A DNA stretch of 64,000 nt, from positions 3,207 to 67,206 of the forward strand of contig PBMQ01000036.1 in NCBI GenBank assembly GCA_002722615.1, in the 5' to 3' direction. This stretch comes from Methanobacteriota archaeon (GTDB lineage Archaea; Thermoplasmatota; Poseidoniia; Poseidoniales; Poseidoniaceae). Positions 9,603 through 19,449 of this stretch are shown here, piece after piece. A model generated the notes under the pieces. It ran no database searches. It was not told the origin of the DNA and worked only from the letters and a program-made list of their open reading frames with translations. The position numbers were made by a program, and so were the translations under genes. Each line of letters starts with the position of its first letter. The first letter of the stretch is position 1.

Positions 9603-10147
9603 AGAGATTGACGGAACCAACCAAGCTTACATTGTACGTCGACGGTTCCTGTGATGGAAATCAAAACGTGGATGCTTCAACCGCTGCCGGTTGGGGTGTT
9701 GTCGTGGTCCTTGGGGATTCAGGTCTTGGCCGAGGTAGTGGTGAAATTATCACAGAATTTTCTGGTCCAGTTTCTACATCTCCTGATGATGATGATTTCA
9801 TTGGAGCAGAGGTTGGCTCAAACAATACAGCTGAACTTTCCGGACTTTTTTCTGCGCTTCGTTGGTTGTTAACCGAAGAAAACAATGACCCTGTCAGAAT
9901 CCGTCTTGATAGTCAATATGCAGGAAACATTGCAACTGGAGCGTGGCGTGCTAAAGCCAATCGAGAGCTTGCGGCCCGTGTTCAATCGGTTTGGAATGAA
10001 GTGGGCTCCCAGCGTGAATTGAGTTGGGATCATGTTCGAGCACATCGCGGTCATCGATGGAATGAGCGTGCTGATCACTTAGCAAAACGAGCAATGCGTC
10101 GTGAACGCCCGCTGCCGCTCACATTCTGGAAACCTGGACAGGATTAA
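9599..10147 (+). CDS. rnhA: ribonuclease HI
   Basis: 'LYVDGSC', 'NNTAELSGLFSALRWL', 'IRLDSQY', 'WDHVRAHRGHRWNERADHLAKRA' carry the DEDD catalytic residues in RNase H1 order. GTG start overlaps the gcvH stop (GTGA). Confidence 0.8.
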   Translation: MKRLTEPTKLTLYVDGSCDGNQNVDASTAAGWGVVVVLGDSGLGRGSGEIITEFSGPVSTSPDDDDFIGAEVGSNNTAELSGLFSALRWLLTEENNDPVRIRLDSQYAGNIATGAWRAKANRELAARVQSVWNEVGSQRELSWDHVRAHRGHRWNERADHLAKRAMRRERPLPLTFWKPGQD

Positions 10148-11004
10148 TTCATTCGTCCGTCCAACCACTGCCGAAGCTGTTGAGCGTATTCAGGGCGGCG
10201 TAGGGCATGGTCGATTTGTGATTTCAGCCATTCAAGTGGGAGGCCAGAATCGTACCATGCAACCGTAGAATCGAGGAGATGCGCGCCTAATTCTCCTTGA
10301 CGCATCCAATGTCGTAACAATTCAATCGATTGCAACTCCCCATATTCATCAACAGAATATTGTTCAAGAAGGTCGAAAGTATCCGCAGTATAGAGATAGC
10401 GGCCACACAAAGCAAATGTGGATGGTGCATGTGCAGCAGTCGGCTTTTCAACAAGTGACGTAATACGTCCATCCTGCATCGAGACAATACCATAATTGCT
10501 TACGCGGTCAATACCAACATCGTAAACTGAAGCGCACGGTTGTTGCGTAGTGTTGTACATTTCGACGAGTTCTTTCGAAACCATAGATGGTTTGAATTCT
10601 GCCAATGAAGAGTGGTTTGTCGTAAGGATATTGTCTCCAAGAAGGACGAGAAATGGGCCTTCAATCTTGTCTTTTGCCATCATAATTGCATGACCGAGGC
10701 CTTTCTGTTCAAATTGTGTATGGAAGAAAACTTCCGCCCCATCAAGTGGATTGAGGTGATTTTTTCCTTTCGAATACATCGGATACATCTGGTTGAGATC
10801 TTCTTCTAGCGATGTGAAATCTTTGTTTGGGGATGTAATGATGTGGATTCGGGAACACCCTGCTTCTCGTGCTTCAAAGATAAGATGATGCAAAACTGGT
10901 ACATCAACGAGGGGTAAGAGTTCCTTTGGAATGTAAGCGCTTGTTGGCAGCATCCTGGTGCCCAATCCAGCAGCGACGATAACAGCATCACGAACCGTGC
11001 CCAT
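10144..11004 (-). CDS. UTP-glucose-1-phosphate uridylyltransferase-like nucleotidyltransferase
   Basis: 'AVIVAAGLGTRMLPTSAYIPKELLPLVDVPVLHHLIFEAREAG' (GalU-type G-x-G-T-R-x-L-P...K-E-x-L-P) and 'GLGHAIMMAK'. Track ORF trimmed to ATG 11004 to remove an N-terminal extension with no recognisable motif that overlaps the divergent gene. Confidence 0.75.
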   Translation of the reverse strand: MGTVRDAVIVAAGLGTRMLPTSAYIPKELLPLVDVPVLHHLIFEAREAGCSRIHIITSPNKDFTSLEEDLNQMYPMYSKGKNHLNPLDGAEVFFHTQFEQKGLGHAIMMAKDKIEGPFLVLLGDNILTTNHSSLAEFKPSMVSKELVEMYNTTQQPCASVYDVGIDRVSNYGIVSMQDGRITSLVEKPTAAHAPSTFALCGRYLYTADTFDLLEQYSVDEYGELQSIELLRHWMRQGELGAHLLDSTVAWYDSGLPLEWLKSQIDHALRRPEYAQQLRQWLDGRMN

Positions 11005-11056
11005 GAAGTTGCACGTAAGCGACAGGCTATCAAGCGTGTACCTTCTCGAGAGGACA

Positions 11057-11467
11057 ATGGAGTCGAAGCGGAAGGGTATTCTTTTTGCCAGCGGCCTTGT
11101 GTTTTTGTCATTCGCATTCTTCAAATTCCTTCCAGCAGGGCCATGGCTCGATGCGTCGTTTTCGAGAGGGATTAGTGGATTACTTGGGCTGGCGTTAATC
11201 TACCTCAGTTGGTACCAACATGTTTTCGGCGTGTTTGGTGTGGTTCCTTCGGTTGAAAGGTGGAAGAACCCCAAGTCGAGCTGGAAGACTGTCGTTGGAG
11301 TGGGATGTGGATTTATTGGACTGTCATGGATTTCTGGTAAGACCTCAATTAAGGAAACATTGCCTGAGCCTTCGGGAATGTTGTTGTTGCTCATTGGTTT
11401 GCTTGTCACTTACACTGGTTTGTATGCCTATTTGGTCACAGATGGCCCTCTTAGAGAAGAATCGTGA
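11057..11467 (+). CDS. membrane protein, 4 TM
   Basis: 136 aa with four hydrophobic segments and no recognisable family. Start chosen at ATG 11057, divergent from the galU-like gene. Confidence 0.4.
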   Translation: MESKRKGILFASGLVFLSFAFFKFLPAGPWLDASFSRGISGLLGLALIYLSWYQHVFGVFGVVPSVERWKNPKSSWKTVVGVGCGFIGLSWISGKTSIKETLPEPSGMLLLLIGLLVTYTGLYAYLVTDGPLREES

Positions 11468-11539
11468 GTGATACCCTCCTCTAATCGCAGAGCAACGTCT
11501 TACACTGATCGTCGGTATGACGTATATTGTCAAAACTAA

Positions 11540-13018
11540 TCAATCGCTGAACCCAAGAGTGTCGTCCAACATGTCGAGAGCATCATCGAGGTTCGGTAAT
11601 TCATCGGGTGCTTCTCCTGTGCTCTGATGCACGTCCTGAATTGGAGCTATTGGTTCAGGCAAGGGACCACTGTCCGATAGCCAGTCTTTCCATGCTTGAC
11701 TACGGCCTTGTCGTCGAGCATCCATGGTCATCCATAATGCCTCAAGACGTTCGGGTTTCAACAAAGGTAGATGCTTGGAAAAGCGATCAGGATGTATCTC
11801 ATCCATTCTCATCAAAAGTTCTCGGAGGCGGATTTGGACCACTTCATCACCATCGTTCCAGAGTGTAGGAATGATTTCGCGTGTGTCATCAGGGTAGGTT
11901 TCGACATAATCTCGCAGGCTCAGAACAACGTTACGACGAACGATAGCGACATCGTGGTCGAGCAAAGATGTAAGACGGTCAGCCCATACATCTTTATCGA
12001 GGAATTTCAAATCACCAACCGTAGCGGAGGCGGCTGCAAGAACGCTCTCATCGTCATCCATAAGCATCGCATCAAGATAAGGTACGGCTTCCCATCCTGT
12101 TCGGCGGAAAATGCGAGTAAGGACATCTGCCATTCCCCTGCGAAGAAGCAATTCCTTTCGCTGGTGCAATCGTTGTGCGACACTAAGGCCTTGGGATTGG
12201 TCGTACTCCAAGAGGCGAGCAAGGCAGAGAATGACTCTCGATGCAACCTCTTCATGTTCATCTCCCGAACGTCGAATTAAGATATCAACCAAACCGAGAG
12301 GCTCGATAAGTGATGGTCGTTCGAGAAGGAGTTTGACCCATTCCATCAACAGTAATCTGCGGTCGAGTTCATCGTTCTCAAGGCAGTTCAGTAACCAAGT
12401 TGCGGCGGCAACTCCGGCGTCATGAGCAATCACTGAGGTTGTCCTTGGAACAACTGCATTTGGATTCCAGCCCATGTTTTGAGGTCCATCCGCAGGTTGG
12501 GTATGCCACGTTCCTGGTCGTTCTGCTAATGCAATTGATTCGACCAAATGATACCCCTGATGGACAGGTTGCCCGTAAGGCGTTGATGCTAATCCGTTGA
12601 TTAAAGCAACAGCCAGCCACCACCGGTCAGTATTCGGAGCACTTGAATCGAATGCTTGTGCAAGCCAATCTGTAGCAATGCAGAACAGCATTCGTTGAGC
12701 AACATCGTTGGTTCGTCGTGCAAGCCACTTTTGATGGACTTCGAACGGGTCATCGGTGAGATTCATTCGATGAGGGACAATCAAATCAACAATCGTGGAT
12801 AAGTGCCGATCGAACATTCCAACATCTGCGTGGAGCATGGATAAACCTTGAGAAATCAAGTCTTGATCTCGCTCTGGGCTCCGAGGAGGGAAGTCAGGAT
12901 CCGTCATTGGGGGCGCAGGTAGTGGCCAAACCTTGGTACCTTCTTCCAAGGCGTGCACTAATTGAGTTGCTACAACCTCAAACGTTGCTTTCGCGATTGC
13001 ATCACGGCTCTTACTCAT
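11540..13018 (-). CDS. HEAT/ARM-like repeat protein, function unknown
   Basis: 492 aa, all-helical-looking. C-terminal half has HEAT-like units ('DESVLAAASATVGDL', 'HDVAIVRRNVVLSLRDYV') and an acidic tail. ATG lies 16 nt downstream of the tfb stop on the same strand. Confidence 0.5.
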   Translation of the reverse strand: MSKSRDAIAKATFEVVATQLVHALEEGTKVWPLPAPPMTDPDFPPRSPERDQDLISQGLSMLHADVGMFDRHLSTIVDLIVPHRMNLTDDPFEVHQKWLARRTNDVAQRMLFCIATDWLAQAFDSSAPNTDRWWLAVALINGLASTPYGQPVHQGYHLVESIALAERPGTWHTQPADGPQNMGWNPNAVVPRTTSVIAHDAGVAAATWLLNCLENDELDRRLLLMEWVKLLLERPSLIEPLGLVDILIRRSGDEHEEVASRVILCLARLLEYDQSQGLSVAQRLHQRKELLLRRGMADVLTRIFRRTGWEAVPYLDAMLMDDDESVLAAASATVGDLKFLDKDVWADRLTSLLDHDVAIVRRNVVLSLRDYVETYPDDTREIIPTLWNDGDEVVQIRLRELLMRMDEIHPDRFSKHLPLLKPERLEALWMTMDARRQGRSQAWKDWLSDSGPLPEPIAPIQDVHQSTGEAPDELPNLDDALDMLDDTLGFSD

Positions 13019-13034
13019 GAAGAACCCTCTTTTC

Positions 13035-13961
13035 TCAAATATCAAGTTCGATGTTAAGGTTCTGAATCAATTCCTTGTAGCGATTTCGAATTGTGACTTC
13101 AGTAACACCTGCAACTTCAGCGACTTCTCGCTGAGTTCGTCGCTTACCGCAAAGTACGGAAGCGATGTAGATAATCGATGCAGCAATCCCAGTTGGTCCA
13201 CGTCCGCTGGTCAATTCTTTCTCTTGAGCGGCCTTAATCAGTTCGTATGCCTTGGCTTCAACTTCTGAATCCAATCCGAGTCCAGAACAGAATCGTGAAA
13301 TGTAATCTTCTGGGCCTGTTGGCATGATTTTCATCTTCAATTCACGTACCATGAAGCGGTATGTTCGGCCAATTTCTTTTCGGCCGGTTCGTGAGGCTTG
13401 TCCGATCTCATCAAGTGTACGAGGAACGCCACATTGTCGGCAAGCAGCATAGAGCGATGCAGCAGCAACACCTTCGATTGAACGGCCACGAATAAGGCGC
13501 TTGTCGACCGCTTTCTTGTAGTTGACAGCAGCTGCTTCACGAACAGTCTTTGGAAGTTCGAGACGGCTTGCCATTCGGTCAAGTTCAGCAAGAGCCATAG
13601 CGAGGTTTCGCTCAGTTGCATTGCTCACTCGACTTCGCTTTTGCCACTTTCTCATTCGATAAAATTGAGAGCGGTAGCGAGAATTAATCGTCTTTCCTGA
13701 GTAATCTTTGTTTTGCCAATCGATATCGGTTGACAACCCTTTGTCGTGAAGCATAACGGTCATTGGTGCACCTGTTCGTGCTCGTTGGTCACCTTGTTCA
13801 GGAGAGAAAACACGCCATTCTGCACCTTGATCGATAACATTGTCTTCCAAGACAAGCCCACAGTCGTCACAGGTGACTTCTCCACGGGTTTCGTCTCTCG
13901 TTAGGCTACGTCCGCCACATTCAGGGCACTTTACAATATCTTCAACTTGCTGATCATCCAT
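13035..13961 (-). CDS. tfb: transcription initiation factor IIB (TFB)
   Basis: N-terminal zinc ribbon 'CPECGG...[24 protein letters not shown]', two cyclin-fold repeats, and HTH '[22 protein letters not shown]'. GAGGTGA lies 6 nt upstream of the ATG. Confidence 0.95.
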   Translation of the reverse strand: MDDQQVEDIVKCPECGGRSLTRDETRGEVTCDDCGLVLEDNVIDQGAEWRVFSPEQGDQRARTGAPMTVMLHDKGLSTDIDWQNKDYSGKTINSRYRSQFYRMRKWQKRSRVSNATERNLAMALAELDRMASRLELPKTVREAAAVNYKKAVDKRLIRGRSIEGVAAASLYAACRQCGVPRTLDEIGQASRTGRKEIGRTYRFMVRELKMKIMPTGPEDYISRFCSGLGLDSEVEAKAYELIKAAQEKELTSGRGPTGIAASIIYIASVLCGKRRTQREVAEVAGVTEVTIRNRYKELIQNLNIELDI

Positions 13962-13967
13962 AACATC

Positions 13968-13974
13968 TCACCTC
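13968..13974 (-). promoter_or_regulatory. Shine-Dalgarno-like site for tfb (GAGGTGA)
   Basis: The reverse complement of 13968-13974 reads GAGGTGA, 6 nt from ATG 13961. Confidence 0.4.
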
Positions 13975-14015
13975 ATGAATATTGAGAAATAGATATATCA
14001 ACGATTGGCATGGTG

Positions 14016-14023
14016 TTTTTAAA
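14016..14023. promoter_or_regulatory. TATA-box-like element (TTTTTAAA/TTTAAAAA) in the tfb / aconitase-family divergent intergenic region
   Basis: The only strong A/T octamer in the 152-nt divergent spacer. Sits about 55 nt upstream of the tfb ATG and about 90 nt upstream of ATG 14114. Confidence 0.3.
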
Positions 14024-14113
14024 CCTTATTCCTAGATATTCAAGCCCTAAACTTGAGGCGTAAGCATCGAATCGGTTAAACCTCAATGGCTTCTGAGAAG
14101 GTTGGGGTTGCGG

Positions 14114-16099
14114 ATGCAGGGTATGCCGGATTCGATTTCGCTTACGCCAGGGAAACGCATATTGTTCCTGACGAAAGACCTTGATTTAATTCGCCAGCAA
14201 TTGTATGAAGGCCTCGATTTGCGAATGGAAGATTTGCGAATTGAGGATTTGCTCGATGACATCAATACTGATGTCATGACACCTGCTTGGGTCTGTTTCG
14301 ATCATGAGCCAGCGATGATTGCAAAAAATGCATATGCTGGCCTTATGCAGAATGGGATCCGTGTATTCAATGAAAATGCTCTCATCAACGGTGGCTTTGA
14401 AGTAATTGTTTCGGGTCAACGGAAAGGAACTGGTTCCAGTCGAGAAACAGCAGCACAATGTGAACGATGGGCTGGAATTCGTATCGTTATCGCAGCATCG
14501 TTTGCCCCTATTCATGAACGAAACAACATCAACCTTGGTCAACTCATGGGCAACCATGAAATGCTTAAGCGTCTGCAAAATGCTGAATCTCTGCCCCTTG
14601 AAGAATTCACATCACAGTATGATGAAGTGACAGCTCTTATTCTTGAATCTGGGGGTCTGTTTGAATTTTCAAAGCGCCTCAAAAACGGGGAAATTTCACT
14701 GCCTGAACTTTCCATGGCTCCCCGTCCAATGACGATGGCTGAAAAAATCATTGCTCGAAATCTCGTCGGGCAACCGAAAGGTGTTTGTGTGAAACCAGAC
14801 GACCCTGTGATCGCTCAAGTCCAAGGAGGATATTCTCACGAGTTCACCACCGCCCAAGTTCATACCTTCCTCCAAGAAACGTACGGGGAATCATACCAAC
14901 TTACCAATCCGCAAAAGTTTGGCGTGTTTGAGGACCATTTGCTCTACGCTCACCACAACCCAAAGTTCGTCCCGTTCATGCATAAGGTAGAGACGCTCAG
15001 GTCTTTGCAGAAGAAGTTCCAAGCGCACACTGGAGTTCGTGACTACTCCGCAGTTGACGGTGTATCTCCAGGAATATGTCACCAAGTTGCTCGAGAGGAA
15101 TTCATTGAGGTGTCGGACTTTATCCAAGCAACCGACTCTCATACATGCATGGGAGGTGCGTCGAACGCACTGACTTGGGGTGTTGGAGCAACTGAATACG
15201 CAAATCTTGTATCTGCTGGATTCACATTCGTTAAGGTTCCAGAATCGATTCGGTTTGAACTCTCAGGAGTGTTATCCGATGGATGTACTGCCAAGGACGT
15301 GATTCTTCACATCCTCGCCGATCATGCACGCAAGGAACTTACTCTCAATCGTTCGATGGAATTCGGAGGGCCTGGATTGAAGTCATTGTCTGCTGATGAG
15401 CGAGCAACGTTGTGTAACATGGCTACTGAATGTTCTGCTCGAACGGGAATCTGCGAAGCGGATGACATCCTGTTCGATTGGATGGAAGCACAAATGCCTC
15501 ACCTTAGTATGGAAGAGCAACGAAACCGGGCGATAGCCCCTGATGAGGGTGCCAACTACGATGGGGGTGTACACCACATCGATCTTTCATCGATTCGGCC
15601 CATGGTCGCACACCCAGGTAATCCAGACGAAGGAATTCCAAGCGATCCAACTAACGGAGCGTACATCGATGAAATTGGGGATGTTCAAATTGACATAGCT
15701 TACGGCGGTTCTTGTACTGCAGGTAAGATCGATGACATTGCTTACTATGCTCAAGTCTGTCAGGCAGCAAAAGAACAAGGTCTCTCTGTGAAAGAAGGTG
15801 TTGATTTCTACATACAATACGGCTCAGGAATCGTCAAAGACATGGCTGTTTCGAAAGGTTGGCATCAGTTGTTCCTCGATGTCGGCGTGAAGCTCATCGA
15901 CCCAGGCTGTGGTGCTTGTATCGGTGCAGGGCCGGGTGTATCCATGACGCCAGATCAAGTCACTGTGTCGGCAATCAACAGAAATTTCCAAGGGCGATCA
16001 GGCCCGGGTAAACTCTACCTTGCAAGCCCGTTGACTGTGGCAATGAGTGCATTTTCTGGAATCATTCGTTCGTGGAAGGTTGAAACGATTGGAAATTGA
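14114..16099 (+). CDS. aconitase-superfamily hydro-lyase with the swivel (LeuD-like) domain at the N-terminus
   Basis: N-terminal ~190 aa: 'GQRKGTGSSRETAAQ' and 'IVIAASFAPIHERNNINLG' (LeuD/domain-4 motifs). Then domains 1-3: 'DSHTCMGG', 'YGGSCTAGKIDD', 'GCGACIGAGPG', 'NRNFQGRSG' (Fe-S cluster Cys ligands and substrate Arg/Ser). Confidence 0.8.
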   Translation: MQGMPDSISLTPGKRILFLTKDLDLIRQQLYEGLDLRMEDLRIEDLLDDINTDVMTPAWVCFDHEPAMIAKNAYAGLMQNGIRVFNENALINGGFEVIVSGQRKGTGSSRETAAQCERWAGIRIVIAASFAPIHERNNINLGQLMGNHEMLKRLQNAESLPLEEFTSQYDEVTALILESGGLFEFSKRLKNGEISLPELSMAPRPMTMAEKIIARNLVGQPKGVCVKPDDPVIAQVQGGYSHEFTTAQVHTFLQETYGESYQLTNPQKFGVFEDHLLYAHHNPKFVPFMHKVETLRSLQKKFQAHTGVRDYSAVDGVSPGICHQVAREEFIEVSDFIQATDSHTCMGGASNALTWGVGATEYANLVSAGFTFVKVPESIRFELSGVLSDGCTAKDVILHILADHARKELTLNRSMEFGGPGLKSLSADERATLCNMATECSARTGICEADDILFDWMEAQMPHLSMEEQRNRAIAPDEGANYDGGVHHIDLSSIRPMVAHPGNPDEGIPSDPTNGAYIDEIGDVQIDIAYGGSCTAGKIDDIAYYAQVCQAAKEQGLSVKEGVDFYIQYGSGIVKDMAVSKGWHQLFLDVGVKLIDPGCGACIGAGPGVSMTPDQVTVSAINRNFQGRSGPGKLYLASPLTVAMSAFSGIIRSWKVETIGN

Positions 16100-16246
16100 T
16101 TCCTGAAACGCATCCGTATTTTTGGCGAGAATTGAAGCGTTTGTTACGAGATGTGGCCGAAATATCAAGTAGCCTCGCCAATGGACTGCTGTTACCTGCT
16201 GGCCCGAAGTCAATGACGGAGGAGGACCAGGGGTGGATGTATTACG

Positions 16247-18316
16247 ATGAGCATTGCAGAAAAAATGGCGGCAAATCAGAAGCAAGTCGCAATTTCAGAA
16301 TTTTTTGAAAAGAACAAACATTTCCTTGGGTTTGACACCCTAAACCGAGCCCTCATTACGGCAGTCAAAGAGGCGGTTGACAATGCCTTAGATGCTTGTG
16401 AGGAAGCTCGAATTTTACCAGATATTGTTGTCAAGATTACAAAATTGGATAACAAGAAAGACATTCTCCAATTGGAAGTTGAAGATAATGGACCGGGTAT
16501 TCCTCGTGCAAGCATCGAGAAAGTGTTCGGGCAACTTCTGTTCGGTTCTCGTTTCCATGCAATTCGCCAATCTCGTGGTCAACAAGGAATCGGAATCACG
16601 GGTGTGGTCATGTATTCCCAGTTAACGACTGGAGACCCTACTCACGTTGAATCGAAGATTGCGAAAGAAGCAACGGCTGTTTCCGTTGACATCGGCTTAG
16701 ATACAAGGAAGAACAAGGCGATAAAGTCCAACCAAGATCGAGTCGATTGGGGAGAAAAACTCCACGGTTTGAAAGTCAAGACGACCATGAAGGCAAAATA
16801 TCAGCGAGGTCGTCAATCTGTCTGGCAATACCTCCGAATGACGAGTATCGTCAATCCCCATGCAGACATTCTTTTTATCGATCCGGATGGCGAAAAGCAT
16901 CATTGGCAACGTGTTACTGAGCGCTTACCGGGACGTGTTGAAGCCATCAAGCCCCACCCGAATGGAATCGAATTGGGCCAACTGCAACGTCTTTGTGGGG
17001 AATCCTCTGAATCTCGAATGACAACTTTCCTTCGACGCACATTCTCTGGAGTCTCTGGAAGAGCAGCAAAGGAATTGTGTGAAGTTGCCGAACTTGAAGA
17101 GAAATTGAAGCCAAAATCATTGTCAGCTCAACAAATTCGCTCTCTGTTGGAAGCATTTCAGGGTGAACGTACCCTCAAAGGCAAGCCTGTCAAACTTCTC
17201 AATCCACCAACATCGTGTTTATCGCCAATTGAAGAATTACTCATCAAAAAAGGACTCTCGAAAACAATTGATTCAAAGTTCGTTGCAACGATGACACGTG
17301 CCCCAAGCGTATCTCAGGGAAACCCGTTCCAAGTTGAAGTTGGATTGATTTTCGGCGATGGCATGGCTGCAGACAAACCCGTGGAAATCCTTCGTTTTGC
17401 AAACCGAGTTCCACTCATGTACCAACAAGGTGGCTGTTTGCTCACCAAGGCAATCGAAAGCGTAGATTGGAGGCAATATGGGCTTGACCAAGCGGGTGGC
17501 AGGGGTGTGCCAAAGGGCCCTGCTGCGATTCTAGTTCATCTTGCAAGCACAAACGTCCAATTTACTTCTGAGGCAAAGGAAGCGCTTTCTGATAATGAAA
17601 CTGTCATGGAAGAAGCGCGTAAGGCAATGCTCGAAATGGGTCGTGGATTGCGAAAGCATCTTGAAAAACAGAAGAAAATGGGCAAGACAAAGGAGAAATT
17701 CGAACTCATCAATGACATTATTCCTGCAATCGCCGAGAAATCTGCTTCTCTGCTTGAACTACCTGTACCAGATCTGGCTGCTTCGATTACCAAAATTATG
17801 TCTGCTGTCATTGCGGAAACGACGACGATTTGGAACAAGGAAACAAAGCAAACCGATGTTCATATCATTCTCTACAACTACACCTCTCGAGCACGATCTT
17901 ACACCATGCTCGTGAATTGGCCCGAACGCCAAGGTGCAAGGATGGTCGGCAATGAACTTGGGGGACGTAAAGAAGCAATGGGGGTCTGGGCATGGAAGCT
18001 TGAAACCCTCCAACCTGGCTCTCAGACTATTATCACATACAGCCTAGATGGATTGGAAAGGGGCGATTGGAACGAGACTGATGTATTCTATCGTGGTTCT
18101 CAAGAAGTCATTGGTGCGACAAAGATGGATGAGAAATTGCTTGAAGAAATCCGCCGTCAAGAAGAAGCACTTAATGCGCCACCTCCAAACGAAAATTCTG
18201 AGCTAGAAGGCGAAGGGAATTCAGAAGAAGAACCTGAATACGAACTTCCACAAACGGACTCTACTGCATCTAAGAGTGATACAAAGCAGACCACATTGTT
18301 TGGAGGTGATTACTGA
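16247..18316 (+). CDS. top6B: DNA topoisomerase VI subunit B
   Basis: 'ISEFFEKNKHFLGFD...ALITAVKEAVDNALDA' (GHKL Bergerat fold N box), 'DNGPGI', 'GQQGIG'. Long acidic C-terminal tail. Immediately followed by top6A. Confidence 0.93.
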   Translation: MSIAEKMAANQKQVAISEFFEKNKHFLGFDTLNRALITAVKEAVDNALDACEEARILPDIVVKITKLDNKKDILQLEVEDNGPGIPRASIEKVFGQLLFGSRFHAIRQSRGQQGIGITGVVMYSQLTTGDPTHVESKIAKEATAVSVDIGLDTRKNKAIKSNQDRVDWGEKLHGLKVKTTMKAKYQRGRQSVWQYLRMTSIVNPHADILFIDPDGEKHHWQRVTERLPGRVEAIKPHPNGIELGQLQRLCGESSESRMTTFLRRTFSGVSGRAAKELCEVAELEEKLKPKSLSAQQIRSLLEAFQGERTLKGKPVKLLNPPTSCLSPIEELLIKKGLSKTIDSKFVATMTRAPSVSQGNPFQVEVGLIFGDGMAADKPVEILRFANRVPLMYQQGGCLLTKAIESVDWRQYGLDQAGGRGVPKGPAAILVHLASTNVQFTSEAKEALSDNETVMEEARKAMLEMGRGLRKHLEKQKKMGKTKEKFELINDIIPAIAEKSASLLELPVPDLAASITKIMSAVIAETTTIWNKETKQTDVHIILYNYTSRARSYTMLVNWPERQGARMVGNELGGRKEAMGVWAWKLETLQPGSQTIITYSLDGLERGDWNETDVFYRGSQEVIGATKMDEKLLEEIRRQEEALNAPPPNENSELEGEGNSEEEPEYELPQTDSTASKSDTKQTTLFGGDY

Positions 18317-19410
18317 TGGCTGAGCGTAAATCGGTTGAAGAGACCAAGACTGCATTGCATGATGTTGTTCGAGAAATGTACGATCGTATTGTCAAAGGTG
18401 AACCCCCGACAATGACCCTACCTGTGCGTACAAAGAACAACATCGGCTTTGACCCAAAATTAGGAGTCTACAAATACGGAAAGAAACAAACCATACGTGA
18501 TGCAACGAGTCTTGGTTCTGCAAAGCAACTGCTTCGAGCATTGCACGTCATCGAATTTATAGAAAGTATGATCGATGATGGAAAGTCATCTACGCTTCGT
18601 GAAATGTACTACATCTCCGAAGGTTGGGGACTGGGTAAGTTCCAATCCCAAAACGAGAGCAACAACCTTGCTGAAGATTTAGAAATCGTAACACGTTGCC
18701 TTCGAGAAGATTTCAAACTCAGGCCTGAAGAAGACGGAGCTCGGATGATTGGAAATCTGACATTACGCGAACGCAACCGACGAGGGGAATGGATGCGGAT
18801 TAATGCTCGCGACGATGTTGGTGACAGTGGCTATGGAGTTCCATACAATGTCGAATCTGAAAAGATCGAATTCCTAGAACACGATATCAACTTCATCATG
18901 GCAATCGAGACAGGTGGTATGTTTGATCGACTTGTTGAGAACGGGTTTGATGAAGACTTCAATTGTGCTTTGTTGCATCTTAAAGGACAACCAGCCCGTT
19001 CAACCCGTCGAATTATGAAGCGGATGAGTGAAGAATGGGATTTGCCTGTCGTCGTCTTCCTTGACGGTGATCCGTGGTCATTCCGAATTTTTGCATCCAT
19101 TGCATACGGCGCAATCAAGACAGCGCACATTTCGGAATACTTGGCAACACCAACATCGACATATCTTGGTATTACGGCTGATGACATATTAGCATACGAT
19201 CTGCCAAGTGATGATTTATCAAAGAAGGATATTGAAGCGCTCAATGCAGAATTGAGCGATCCCAGATTTGCTGATGGTTGGTGGCAAGAACAAATCAACA
19301 TGATGCTCGAAGTAGGAAAGAAGGCTGAACAGCAATCTCTGGCAAAATATGGTCTCGATTTCGTGACGGAAACGTATCTTCCAGAAAAACTCCAGCAACT
19401 TGGATTATGA
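18316..19410 (+). CDS. top6A: DNA topoisomerase VI subunit A (Spo11 family)
   Basis: 'STLREMYYISEGW' (catalytic Tyr region) and Toprim 'IMAIETGGMFDRL...VVVFLDGDPWSFRI'. The ATG overlaps the top6B stop by 1 nt. Confidence 0.93.
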   Translation: MAERKSVEETKTALHDVVREMYDRIVKGEPPTMTLPVRTKNNIGFDPKLGVYKYGKKQTIRDATSLGSAKQLLRALHVIEFIESMIDDGKSSTLREMYYISEGWGLGKFQSQNESNNLAEDLEIVTRCLREDFKLRPEEDGARMIGNLTLRERNRRGEWMRINARDDVGDSGYGVPYNVESEKIEFLEHDINFIMAIETGGMFDRLVENGFDEDFNCALLHLKGQPARSTRRIMKRMSEEWDLPVVVFLDGDPWSFRIFASIAYGAIKTAHISEYLATPTSTYLGITADDILAYDLPSDDLSKKDIEALNAELSDPRFADGWWQEQINMMLEVGKKAEQQSLAKYGLDFVTETYLPEKLQQLGL

Positions 19411-19449
19411 AAAGAAAAAGCGAGCCTTCTTTGAGGAGTGGTTCATCCA

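Noticed and set aside
16096-16308. 70-aa ORF bridging the aconitase-family stop and the top6B start
   Set aside because: Short with no motif, and it overlaps the well-supported top6B ATG (16247). More likely 5'-UTR or promoter space for top6B.
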